A stretch of DNA of 64,000 bases from Coleofasciculus chthonoplastes F2-STO-03 (GTDB taxonomy: Bacteria; Cyanobacteriota; Cyanobacteriia; Cyanobacteriales; Coleofasciculaceae): NCBI GenBank assembly GCA_040222015.1, contig JAVJWO010000049.1, forward strand, positions 1-64,000. Direction: 5' to 3'. The notes beneath the pieces are model-generated. The model was not told where the DNA came from, did not search any database, and was given only the letters and a program-made list of their open reading frames with translations. The position numbers and the translations under genes are program-made. Shown here piece by piece: positions 43,715 through 53,209 of this stretch (position 1 is its first letter; each line of letters opens with the position of its first letter).

Positions 43715-44203
43715 ATGATTGTCGGTACAACCCAAGCGGCTCAAATTTTAAATATCTCTACAGCTCGACTGCGAGTCCTGCTGCTCCAGGGCAGAGTGCA
43801 AGGCGCTTACAAGACCGGGACAATGTGGTTAATGCCTCTGTTTAATGGCAAACCACTGATTCAGCGAGGAAAAAGAGGTCCGACTCCTCGTTGGCGCAAT
43901 CCCAGAAAGCCCGCGAAAACGATCATTCACGTTAATTCACACAGAATTCGACAGAATCAAAAACATAACTCACACCAGCCGGTGATTACGGTGAAGAAGT
44001 GGTGCGACTCTGGAACCCTGGTTGGAGCAAAGGAGAAGGCTTCCCAAAAGGGCAATCAGAATATTTATGGTCATGAAGTGGAAATACCGGGAGGATGCCG
44101 TGTTGTTTATCGTCCCGATAGTCCCCGATGTGGTGCAAAGGTTTGGATCGAAACGCTTTATGACGTCAGGGTGATTTCTTGGCGGGAGGACGGCTCTGGC
44201 TGA
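43715..44203 (+). CDS. Excisionase-like HTH protein with a C-terminal domain of unknown function
   Basis: TTQAAQILNISTARLRVLL HTH; IHVN...PVITVK...YGHEVEI...CGAKVWIET. Confidence 0.75.
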   Translation: MIVGTTQAAQILNISTARLRVLLLQGRVQGAYKTGTMWLMPLFNGKPLIQRGKRGPTPRWRNPRKPAKTIIHVNSHRIRQNQKHNSHQPVITVKKWCDSGTLVGAKEKASQKGNQNIYGHEVEIPGGCRVVYRPDSPRCGAKVWIETLYDVRVISWREDGSG

Positions 44204-44366
44204 CTTGTACCCAGTGGCGTTAAAGATAGCAGATAGACAGGAAACGTTGTCTTGATTAATTCGCGATCGCGCCCCCTGGGTGATGCAACCTTGCACCTTT
44301 GTCAGTATTCCCTGGTCGAGGATATCAGTATTAATTCGCGATCGCCCTTTGGGTGTGTTAGCTGAC

Positions 44367-45557
44367 TCGGCAAGAAGCCTCACGCCATAATCTTCGATTT
44401 GGCGTTGAGATGAATTGCCAGTGGAGGGATTTATCCCCCTCAATCAACAATTTAACCAACCCTGCTATTATAGTGTAGGGAGGTGATAATTTTGAAGCGA
44501 AGCAAAGACACATTTAAACTGAATTACCAGTATCGAATTGTTCCCAACAAGCAACAGTCAGTTCAATTAAATGAATGGCTGTATAAATTATGCCGAATAC
44601 ACAATTTGATGCTAGAGGAACGGTTTAACTGGTGGGACTGTAATCGTTCCCCTGTCAATGCTTGCTCAATCCTTGTCACCCATCTGCCAGAGCTAAAAGA
44701 GCAGCCATCATACTATAGCCAAAAACGGGCGACTCATTGGTCAAGAGAGTCTCATCATCACCTATATGATGGCGTTCACTCTCAAGTTATTCAGGAGGCA
44801 ATCAAGAGAGTAGAGGATACGTTCAATCGCTTCCTAAAAGGTGATTTCAAACGGCGACGGAGTGGTAAACCTAGATTCAAGTCTGTTAAGCGGTACAGAA
44901 CATTCTCTTTCCCTCAAATTAAGGCGGATTGCCTTACAGTTATTACCAATCCTCATAAGCGCAAGAACGGAGAAGCCAGACGAGACATAGCTGACATCAA
45001 TCTACCTAAGATTGGTCAGGTTAAGGTCATTTATCACCGTTCAATCCCTTCAGGGTTCACTATTAAAGCAGCGCTAATTTCTCGGAAAGCAGATGGTTGG
45101 TACATAACACTAACACTTAAAGATAAATCGGTTCCAAGTTTAACGTCGCCAGAGATAGAGGCGACTGAGGATAATTCTATTGGAATTGATGTAGGTTTAG
45201 AGAAGTTTTGGACGAGTCAGGTTTAAACAAATCAATCAATGATGCTGGTTGGAGTCAATTTTTGTCAATTCTTGCTTACAAAGCTGCAAAAGCTGGTAAG
45301 ACGGTGGTGAAAGTTAAACCCCAAAATACAAGCAAAATATGCTCTTGTTGTAATCGTCTAGTTAAAAAAGATTTGTCAGTCCGAATACACGAGTGTCTAT
45401 GCGGATTAATTCTAGACAGAGATTGGAACGCTGCGATTAACATCAAGAGAGTGGGGCTGGACATATTCCCCACTATAAAATGCCCCAAGCGCAGTCGTAA
45501 GGCTGCGACAAAGGAAGCCTACACCGTAATCTTTGATTCGGTGTAGGAGGATGTCAC
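44367..45557 (+). mobile_element. IS200/IS605 (tnpB-only) element with internal deletion
   Basis: Related subterminal hairpins GAAGCCTCACGCCATAATCTT and GAAGCCTACACCGTAATCTT; right end TCAC; TGAC before the left end. Confidence 0.85.
44483..45546 (+). pseudogene. tnpB: TnpB RNA-guided nuclease, internally deleted and frameshifted
   Basis: YQYRIVP, GKPRFK, GIDVGL, then a jump to [15 protein letters not shown] and [10 protein letters not shown]; RuvC-II region missing. Confidence 0.9.
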
Positions 45558-45636
45558 ATATTAGTAGCTAGCTTGCTGGCTCGCAACCAGAAGGGGAACA
45601 ATTATTGACGTTATGGTTTAAATGCCGAACAGCTTA
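45558..45636. mobile_element. MITE family A, half copy abutting the IS605 right end
   Basis: Ends GTTTAAATGCCGAACAGCTTA; other TIR absent. Confidence 0.65.
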
Positions 45637-45867
45637 GATGTGCGGCAGAGTAAATGTTGTATTTTTTCTCGTACCATTTAATTAAAATAATGTCGCCAAT
45701 ATTTCACTAAAATTTACAAAGTTTAAAATTTATTAATATAAACAGAGAAAATTCGGCTTTCTGTATGAAGATTCAGTAAAGATGTCCTGTTGACTAATTT
45801 TCCGTTGCCGATTACTCCTAATATAAATAACGGACAACGTTTGTGGCTTTCATTGAGTACAGGGCTC

Positions 45868-46998
45868 ATGGTGCATCAATCGCCATTATCCTCGAAGAAT
45901 TCCCCGTCATTAGAAATAACGGGTTCTCGGCAATTCACGGCTTGGTTAACCGAGCAACATCTCAGTCTAGCGTTTACTACCTATCAAGCTGGGAAGGTGT
46001 TTTTTATTGGAGTACAGCCAACGGGACAGTTGTCAATCTTTGAGCGCACCTTTGAGCGGTGTATGGGGTTGTGTATCCATGGTTCTACCCTTTATTTGAG
46101 TTCACTTTATCAGTTGTGGCGATTTGAAAATGTTCTAGAAGCGGGACAAGTTCACAACGGGTATGACTGTCTTTATGTACCGCAAGTGGGTTATGTTACC
46201 GGGGATTTAGATGTCCATGATGTGGCAGTGGTCGATCCCCCCCAGCTCTCCTTAACCAGGGAGGAGCAAGAGGTTCCCCCCCTTTTGAAGGGGTTAAGCG
46301 GGGATTATCCCATCTTTGTCAACACCTTATTTAGCTGTTTGGCGACAGTGAGCGAAACCCACAGTTTTGTTCCGGTATGGCAACCGCCGTTTATTTCTAA
46401 GCTGGCAGCGGAAGATCGGTGTCATTTGAATGGTTTAGCGATGGGAGAGGGACAACCGGCGTATGTGACAGCCGTGAGTCAGTCGGATGTGACGGATGGC
46501 TGGCGGGATAAACGGCGCGATGGGGGGTGTGTGGTGGATGTGGCGAGGAATCAGGTGATTGTCACGGGGTTATCGATGCCTCATTCGCCGCGACTGTATC
46601 GGGATAAACTCTGGTTGCTCAATTCTGGCACAGGGGAGTTTGGCTATGTTGATTTGAACCGGGGAGAGTTTGAGTCAGTGGCGTTTTGTCCCGGTTATTT
46701 GCGCGGGTTGGCGTTTAGTGGGGATTTTGCCATTGTTGGGTTGTCGAAGCCGAGGGAAAATCGCACGTTTTCGGGGTTGGCGTTGGATGAGCAGTTAGAG
46801 AGTAAGCAGGCTGAACCGAGGTGTGGGTTGTTGGTGATTGATTTACGCAGTGGGGATATTGTCCATTGGCTGCGAATTGAAGGGATAGTCACGGAGTTGT
46901 ATGATGTGGCGGTGTTGCCAGGAATGCGGCGTCCGATGGCAGTTGGGTTTAAAACAGATGAAATTCGGCGTATTGTCAGGGTTGGTTCGGAGCAATAG
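45868..46998 (+). CDS. TIGR03032 / DUF4915 family protein
   Basis: SLAFTTYQAGK, AAEDRCHLNGLA, SMPHSPR and FCPGYLRGL motifs. Confidence 0.9.
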   Translation: MVHQSPLSSKNSPSLEITGSRQFTAWLTEQHLSLAFTTYQAGKVFFIGVQPTGQLSIFERTFERCMGLCIHGSTLYLSSLYQLWRFENVLEAGQVHNGYDCLYVPQVGYVTGDLDVHDVAVVDPPQLSLTREEQEVPPLLKGLSGDYPIFVNTLFSCLATVSETHSFVPVWQPPFISKLAAEDRCHLNGLAMGEGQPAYVTAVSQSDVTDGWRDKRRDGGCVVDVARNQVIVTGLSMPHSPRLYRDKLWLLNSGTGEFGYVDLNRGEFESVAFCPGYLRGLAFSGDFAIVGLSKPRENRTFSGLALDEQLESKQAEPRCGLLVIDLRSGDIVHWLRIEGIVTELYDVAVLPGMRRPMAVGFKTDEIRRIVRVGSEQ

Positions 46999-47024
46999 TA
47001 ACTGAAATTTAACGGGAGAATACT

Positions 47025-49523
47025 ATGGCAACTGCATCTTTTAATCTTTCTGAACTTGATGGTAGCAATGGCTTTGTCATCAATGGCATTGATCTGGATG
47101 ACCGCTCAGGTGGTTCGGTGAGTGGAGCAGGAGATATCAATGGGGATGGCATTGATGACTTGATTATTGGTGCAGAAGGTGCTAATCCCAACGGTAACTC
47201 TTTTGCAGGAGAAACTTATGTGGTGTTTGGTAACAGCGAAGGTTTCGATGCCAGTTTCAATCTGTCTCAACTCAACGGCAGCAATGGTTTCGTCCTCAAT
47301 GGCATTGATCCGGGTGACGGCTTAGGTCGTTCAGTGAGTGGAGCCGGAGATATCAATGGGGATGGGATTAATGACTTGATGATCGGTGCACCAGGAGCTA
47401 GTTCCAACGGCTCCTTCAGGGCTGGGAGCGGAGAAACGTACCTCGTGTTTGGAAAGCAAGGGGGTTTTGATGCCGATTTCAACCTCAGTGAACTAGATGG
47501 TAGCAACGGCTTTGTTCTCAATGCTTTTGATGCGGGTGATGACTCAGGTCTAGATGTAGGTTTTTCGGTCAGCGGAGCCGGAGATATCAATGGGGATGGT
47601 TTTGATGACCTGATTATTGGCGCACCTAATCGTGGTCCTTGGTTAGACTACACAGGGGAAAGCTATATAGTCTTTGGCAAGAGCGGGGGTTTCAATGCCA
47701 ATCTCAACCTCTCACAGCTCAACGGCAGCAACGGCTTCATCATCAATGGCATTAATGAGTATGACGTTTTAGGTGAATCGGTCAGTGGTGCTGGGGATAT
47801 TAATGGGGATGGTTTTGATGACCTGATTATTGGTGCACCAAAAGCTGACCCCAACGGCAACTCTTGGGCAGGGGAAAGCTATATAGTGTTTGGTTCTTCT
47901 GAGGGTTTCGATGCCAATCTCAACCTCTCAGAACTCAACGGTAGCAACGGCTTCGTCTTCAGGGGTATGAATGAGGGTGACCTCTTAGGTGAATCTGTCA
48001 GTGGTGCTGGAGATATCAATGGTGATGGGATTGATGACCTGATTATTGGCGCATCTCAGGGTGTGAATGCTTATGAAGACTATAGAGGGAAAAGCTATAT
48101 CGTGTTTGGCTCCCAAGAGGGTTTCAATGCCAGTCTTAACCCCTCAGAGCTTAATGGTAGCAATGGCTTCGTAATCAACGGCATTGATTTCGGTGACACT
48201 TTGGGTGTATCTGTCAGTGGTGCTGGCGATATCAATGGTGATGGAATTGATGACCTGATTATTGGCACACTACAGGCTGATGAAAGCTATATCGTGTTTG
48301 GCTCCCAAGAGGGTTTCGATGCCAGTCTTAACGCCTCAGAGCTTAACGGCAGCAACGGCTTTATCATCAATGGCAGTGGCTTTCATAGTCGTGTCAGCGA
48401 TGCCGGAGATATCAATGGGGATGGGATTGATGACCTGATCATTGGCGCACCTGATGAACCCAATTGGAGAATGCCCCAAGGGGAAACTTACGTGGTGTTT
48501 GGCAATGCTCCCCCAGAACTTGACCTTAACGGTAATGATACAAGTATTGATTTTACCACCACCTTTACCGGAAGTGCTGTCTCTATCGTCGATACTGATA
48601 ACTTAACCCTAACCGACCCCAACAGCACCACTCTAGCTAACGCTACCGTCAAAATCACCAATCTCAAAGATGGTGCAGCCGAAACCCTCACTGCTGATAC
48701 CAGTAATACCAATATCACCGCTAATTACGACCCCTCCCTTGGCACTCTCATCCTCAGCGGTGAGGATACTGTTGCCAATTACCAACAAGTCCTCAGAAGT
48801 GTCACCTATAACAATACAGCCACCACCCCCGACACCACAGACCGGATTATTGAATTTGCGGTTAACGATGGAGAAGCGCACAGTAATCTCAGTACCATCG
48901 CCACCACCACCCTTACCTTCGACTCCGGTGAACCTCCCATCGATGGCACGCCCAACGATGATACCTTAGTTGGCACTCAAGGGAGCGATCGCATTAACGG
49001 ATTCGCTGGTAATGACACCATTGCTGGCGGTTTAGGAAATGATCAAATCTTCGGGGGTGACGGGGATGATGTCTTACGCGGCGACTTAAACCAGCGTTCC
49101 CCCCAAGTCGATATCGGTGGCGATGATATCATCTTCGGTGGTGCAGGCAATGACCGCATCGGGGGCAAAGGCGGTAATGACCAACTCTTTGGTGAAGCCG
49201 GGGATGACCAAATCTGGGGGGATGATGGGGATGACATCCTGCGCGGCGGACTCGGTAACGATACCCTAACTGGGGATGACTTCTCTGGCGGTAGCGGTAG
49301 CGATACCTTTGTCCTCGCGATGAATGAAGGGACAGATACAATCGTTGATTTCCAAGACGGTGCAGATTTAATTGGTTTAGCCAATGGTCTAACTTTTGGT
49401 CAGTTATCGATTACTCAAGATGGCAAAAATACGCGGATTGGTTTTGAAGATGAGACCCTGGCTATTCTCAAAGGAATCAATGCCAACCTCTTAACAGTAG
49501 CCGATTTCACCATCATCGGCTAG
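47025..49523 (+). CDS. FG-GAP repeat / RTX calcium-binding secreted protein
   Basis: Seven AGDINGDGxDDLxIG repeats; GGxGND repeats. Confidence 0.92.
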   Translation: MATASFNLSELDGSNGFVINGIDLDDRSGGSVSGAGDINGDGIDDLIIGAEGANPNGNSFAGETYVVFGNSEGFDASFNLSQLNGSNGFVLNGIDPGDGLGRSVSGAGDINGDGINDLMIGAPGASSNGSFRAGSGETYLVFGKQGGFDADFNLSELDGSNGFVLNAFDAGDDSGLDVGFSVSGAGDINGDGFDDLIIGAPNRGPWLDYTGESYIVFGKSGGFNANLNLSQLNGSNGFIINGINEYDVLGESVSGAGDINGDGFDDLIIGAPKADPNGNSWAGESYIVFGSSEGFDANLNLSELNGSNGFVFRGMNEGDLLGESVSGAGDINGDGIDDLIIGASQGVNAYEDYRGKSYIVFGSQEGFNASLNPSELNGSNGFVINGIDFGDTLGVSVSGAGDINGDGIDDLIIGTLQADESYIVFGSQEGFDASLNASELNGSNGFIINGSGFHSRVSDAGDINGDGIDDLIIGAPDEPNWRMPQGETYVVFGNAPPELDLNGNDTSIDFTTTFTGSAVSIVDTDNLTLTDPNSTTLANATVKITNLKDGAAETLTADTSNTNITANYDPSLGTLILSGEDTVANYQQVLRSVTYNNTATTPDTTDRIIEFAVNDGEAHSNLSTIATTTLTFDSGEPPIDGTPNDDTLVGTQGSDRINGFAGNDTIAGGLGNDQIFGGDGDDVLRGDLNQRSPQVDIGGDDIIFGGAGNDRIGGKGGNDQLFGEAGDDQIWGDDGDDILRGGLGNDTLTGDDFSGGSGSDTFVLAMNEGTDTIVDFQDGADLIGLANGLTFGQLSITQDGKNTRIGFEDETLAILKGINANLLTVADFTIIG

Positions 49524-49566
49524 AACGTTTCTCCATCAATCGGCGTCGTGTAAAAACGACATTATC

Positions 49567-49826
49567 GTAGGGGCGCACGGCGTGCGCCCTTCATTGATGT
49601 GTCTTTGCGTCTGCGCTTGTGTAGCTGCGAAACCTGGGATATCATGTCCAGCTTTCTCACCCATGAGAAAAATTTCTGGAACGTCTGGAGTGTCTGATAT
49701 GAGTAATGGTGCGTTACGCTTCGCTAACGCACCCTACAATTTTGCTGGTACAGGGCGTTGAGCAGAGGGCGACCCGACCCAATTAATGAGTGGTATTGTT
49801 AATTTATTCCAGCGGGTCGCCCCTAC
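49567..49826. repeat. Cluster of three different GTAG REP-like palindromes
   Basis: GTAGGGGCGCACGGCGTGCGCCC; GGTGCGTTACGCTTCGCTAACGCACCCTAC; GGGCGACCCG...CGGGTCGCCCCTAC. Confidence 0.75.
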
Positions 49827-49891
49827 AGGTCTTTGTCACCCCCATCACCCCTATCTCCCCTCACCTCACCACTCCCAACAGCAGCCCCTAT

Positions 49892-50839
49892 TTAAGGCTT
49901 CTTTTGTTGCCAATGGTAAAACGGACTAATTAAGCTATACCAAAACAACTGTCCTTCACAAGCCGCCACAATATCAGTGTTGAGAACCGTGCCATACTTA
50001 ATCCAGTGGATTATCAGTTTGCGGCAATCACTCACCAGATAAACCAGAACCATCAACCCTAGTGACAAATCTGGAAACCGTAACCGACGAATCGGATAGC
50101 GACTCAAGCCTATACCCCGAAACACCTGTAATAAATAATCTTTTTCTAAACGCGATCGCGGAATATGATGCTCAATCACCATATCCGGATTATGCCAGAT
50201 TTCCCAGCCGGCATTTCTAATATACGATAACGTCTCTAAATCTTCTCCTTTTGAGGATACGGATTGACCACAGACCCCTTTTAACATAGGCTGGTCAGGG
50301 ATATGCTCCAACCAAACTGACTGACGCACAACTAACCCCGCACCCGCAGGTAATAACCCTCGGCTATCGATATCATAGCGAAACGGGGTAAAACCGCGAT
50401 CGATAATTCCTAAACAACTCGCAATTCGGTTAAAATTTTCCGGGGGATTCGTCTCATATACCCCCTGAATTTGACCCCCATAAGCTCCTGCTTGGGGATG
50501 TGACTGAGCAAACGCATAAACCTGACTCACCCAATTCGGAGAGGGAAGATTATCATCATCCAGAAACGCCACCCAATCACCCTGAGCCTTTTTAATCCCA
50601 AGGCGTCGCGCAAACGCTAACCCCTGTTTCGCCTCAAAATAGTAGTGGATGGGATGATTAGACTGGGCTTGATACTGATGAACAACATCGGCTGTGCGAT
50701 CGCGACTATTGTTGTCAATGACAATAATTTCCCAAACAAAGGGCTCGGTGTCAATCTGAACAACCAAGCCGTCTAAAACCTGTGGCAATCGAGCCGCACC
50801 ATTGTAGGTACAAATAGCAACAGTCAGTTCAATCATCAT
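49892..50839 (-). CDS. GT2 glycosyltransferase, HpsE-like (hormogonium polysaccharide)
   Basis: TVAICTYNGA, KQGLAFAR, FLDDDN and GEDLE motifs. Confidence 0.88.
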   Translation of the reverse strand: MMIELTVAICTYNGAARLPQVLDGLVVQIDTEPFVWEIIVIDNNSRDRTADVVHQYQAQSNHPIHYYFEAKQGLAFARRLGIKKAQGDWVAFLDDDNLPSPNWVSQVYAFAQSHPQAGAYGGQIQGVYETNPPENFNRIASCLGIIDRGFTPFRYDIDSRGLLPAGAGLVVRQSVWLEHIPDQPMLKGVCGQSVSSKGEDLETLSYIRNAGWEIWHNPDMVIEHHIPRSRLEKDYLLQVFRGIGLSRYPIRRLRFPDLSLGLMVLVYLVSDCRKLIIHWIKYGTVLNTDIVAACEGQLFWYSLISPFYHWQQKKP

Positions 50840-50877
50840 AATTCTCCAAATCGGTGAATCCGTTTGCTTCAGGAAGT

Positions 50878-51015
50878 CTTGGGATGAGACAAGTCTATAA
50901 AAATGGGTGACAATTCCGCACCCCAGAAGCGATTACACCTGTTGGCACATTTCGGGCAGGTCATTATCTGCGGGCGATGGCAATTTGGGCTGTTTATTTG
51001 ACATTAAATCAATAG
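50878..51015 (+). pseudogene. Displaced copy of the GH116 3' end
   Basis: LGMR/QVYKNG*QFRTPEAITPVGTFRAGHYLRAMAIWAVYLTLNQ*, matching 41354-41530. Confidence 0.9.
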
Positions 51016-51053
51016 TGTTGAGTGTTGTGTAAGAGTTCTTTGCCCTCACTTAT

Positions 51054-51488
51054 TTATGCTTCCAGTTTTTGGACATATCCTGGACATGGTGTAAGCGTAT
51101 TGAGCAAAGATTGGTCGGCTGTCCAGAATTCGGCAGATTCTAGCTCGGCAACGGCTAGAAAAGCAGCATCATAGAGAGTTGCCAAAGAGAACTGTTGGGC
51201 AATCGCCCATGTTTTTGCACGGATAGCATTGCTATCGAGGTACTCAACAGGCATCTGGCAGAAATCATCATAAAACCCTGCAGCCTGGGAAGTGGTAATT
51301 GCTCCCAACCTTACTTTTTTTCGCAATACTGAGCCAACTTCAGTCCATGCAAATGCTGGAGCAACCAAACGCTCATTCGATGTCAGCAAAGGAAGGATCA
51401 AGTTTCTGGCTTGGGGTTGCAATGTCTCAGGTATCAAATAAGGAATCCAAACGCTAGTGTCGATACACTTAGTCACGCCGTCCCTCAC
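51054..51488 (-). CDS. VapC / PIN domain toxin
   Basis: CIDTSV, EVGSVL, YDAAFLAVA and WTAD motifs. Confidence 0.9.
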   Translation of the reverse strand: MRDGVTKCIDTSVWIPYLIPETLQPQARNLILPLLTSNERLVAPAFAWTEVGSVLRKKVRLGAITTSQAAGFYDDFCQMPVEYLDSNAIRAKTWAIAQQFSLATLYDAAFLAVAELESAEFWTADQSLLNTLTPCPGYVQKLEA

Positions 51489-51744
51489 CCGATCGCAGCT
51501 GACGAATCAAGTCCACAGAACTGGATTGAATTCCTGTTTTGGCTTCTACTTGAGCACTACGAGCCACAATGCGTTGATGGGCTGCCAGTGATCGCCGCCG
51601 TCGCACCTCGCGGTTGATTGCTTCAACAACCATCTCGTTAAAAGACTCACTGCCCTCTCGAAATTGCCTTGCTTGCTCAAGCAAATCTGCGGGAATACGG
51701 ATAGTTACAGCTTCTCGCTCCATAGTTGCAACATAAGTAATCAT
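51469..51744 (-). CDS. Ribbon-helix-helix antitoxin
   Basis: VTIRIPADLL...SFNEMVVEAI; SVDLIRQLR tail; overlaps the PIN gene. Confidence 0.85.
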   Translation of the reverse strand: MITYVATMEREAVTIRIPADLLEQARQFREGSESFNEMVVEAINREVRRRRSLAAHQRIVARSAQVEAKTGIQSSSVDLIRQLRSGEGRRD

Positions 51745-51879
51745 AAAATGATATCAACTAATGTAACTATTTTCTGAACAGTCTGCAACAGTCATAAACC
51801 CACAACTAATGCCTTTGTAGGCTGGGTTGAGGAAAGAAACGAAATTTCGTGCATTCTATAATCCGCTACAATAAGCGTC

Positions 51880-53199
51880 ATGCCATTAACAAAAACACCT
51901 GCCAACGCCTCCAGCCAATTCCTCAAACGCCAAGCCGCGTCGCTGCTACTGTATCAATCAGTTCTCCGTAACGACGTGGGACGAGCTTTTATCCATATTT
52001 TGCAAACCTTAAGCAAGGGTGAAGCCGAACAAACCGCTTGCTTGGTGGCGTATGGTAACTGGTTCAAAACCTTAGCCGCCCACAGAGAAAATTGGCAAGA
52101 TTATCTGATTCGGCAAATTCTCCAAGACGATAATCCCTTTTCTGTGCAAGTACAACGGGTAGCCCTGGACGATTTACCCGAAGCCCTAGTCACGGCGGCT
52201 CAACAGGATTTACACGCCTTACAACATCTTTCTGAATGTAGCGCCGAACAGTTAAGTCGGTGGGTGCAAAAAGCCTCTCAGTTAGAAGCACAGCCTGTTT
52301 CCTGGAATCTGGAAACGGTGCAACCCACATTTCTACACCAACAGAGTGATTGGACAGAATCTCTAGCAGAATTAGCCACCCACTATCAACAACATGGTAC
52401 AGGGTTATTTGCCCAATATCATGCCCTGCGTTGGCAGTCGGGTCAATTGGTTGGTATCGCCCACCCTGATCCGATTCAGTTAACCCAATTGGTGGGTTAT
52501 GAGTCTCAACAAGCCACGTTAGTTAAAAATACAGAATTTTTACTCGCGGGTTATCCGGCGTTACATGTCTTGCTTTATGGCAGTCGTGGTACAGGCAAGT
52601 CATCATTAGTCAAGGGGTTATTACAAAACTATAAGAATCAGGGACTACGGCTGATTGAAGTTGCCAAGTCTGACTTAAACGACTTACCGATGATTGTGGA
52701 GCAATTGCGAGACATACCGCAGAAGTTTATCATCTTTGTAGATGACCTCTCCTTTGAAGAGGATGACGATGCGTTTAAAGCCTTAAAAGTCGTCTTAGAA
52801 GGGAGTGTCACCGCCCGTTCCCAAAATGTAGTCGTTTATGCCACCTCCAATCGACGCCACTTAGTACGAGAATTTTTTACCGATCGCCCTCGTCCCAGCG
52901 ATAATGATGAAATCCATGCCTGGGATACCTTACAGGAAAAATTATCCTTTAGCGATCGCTTTGGCTTAACCTTGACCTTTGAACCGACAAACCAAGACGC
53001 TTATCTCAACATCGTCTATCATTTAGCCCAGCAAGCAGGTATAAACTTACCCCAAAATGACCTAAAATCCCGTGCAATTCAGTGGGCAACCCGCCACAAT
53101 GGACGTTCTGGGCGCAGCGCCCGCCAGTTTGTTGATTTTCTCAGCGCTGATTTAGGGATTCATCCTGTGGATAGGGTAGAAAGGACCAATGACCAATGA
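51880..53199 (+). CDS. DUF815 family AAA+ ATPase
   Basis: GSRGTGKSS, FVDDLSFE, YATSNRRHL and GRSGRSARQF motifs. Confidence 0.92.
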   Translation: MPLTKTPANASSQFLKRQAASLLLYQSVLRNDVGRAFIHILQTLSKGEAEQTACLVAYGNWFKTLAAHRENWQDYLIRQILQDDNPFSVQVQRVALDDLPEALVTAAQQDLHALQHLSECSAEQLSRWVQKASQLEAQPVSWNLETVQPTFLHQQSDWTESLAELATHYQQHGTGLFAQYHALRWQSGQLVGIAHPDPIQLTQLVGYESQQATLVKNTEFLLAGYPALHVLLYGSRGTGKSSLVKGLLQNYKNQGLRLIEVAKSDLNDLPMIVEQLRDIPQKFIIFVDDLSFEEDDDAFKALKVVLEGSVTARSQNVVVYATSNRRHLVREFFTDRPRPSDNDEIHAWDTLQEKLSFSDRFGLTLTFEPTNQDAYLNIVYHLAQQAGINLPQNDLKSRAIQWATRHNGRSGRSARQFVDFLSADLGIHPVDRVERTNDQ

Positions 53200-53209
53200 C
53201 GAATGACCA

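Noticed and set aside
44002..44050. Group II intron 5' end (GTGCGAC)
   Set aside because: Far too short; no domain V/VI or reverse transcriptase
43970..44443. 157-aa minus-strand ORF
   Set aside because: Overlaps the HTH gene and the IS605 left end; no recognisable motifs
22423..49384. Many 60-140 aa ORFs antisense or out of frame within long genes
   Set aside because: Shadow ORFs of well-supported CDSs
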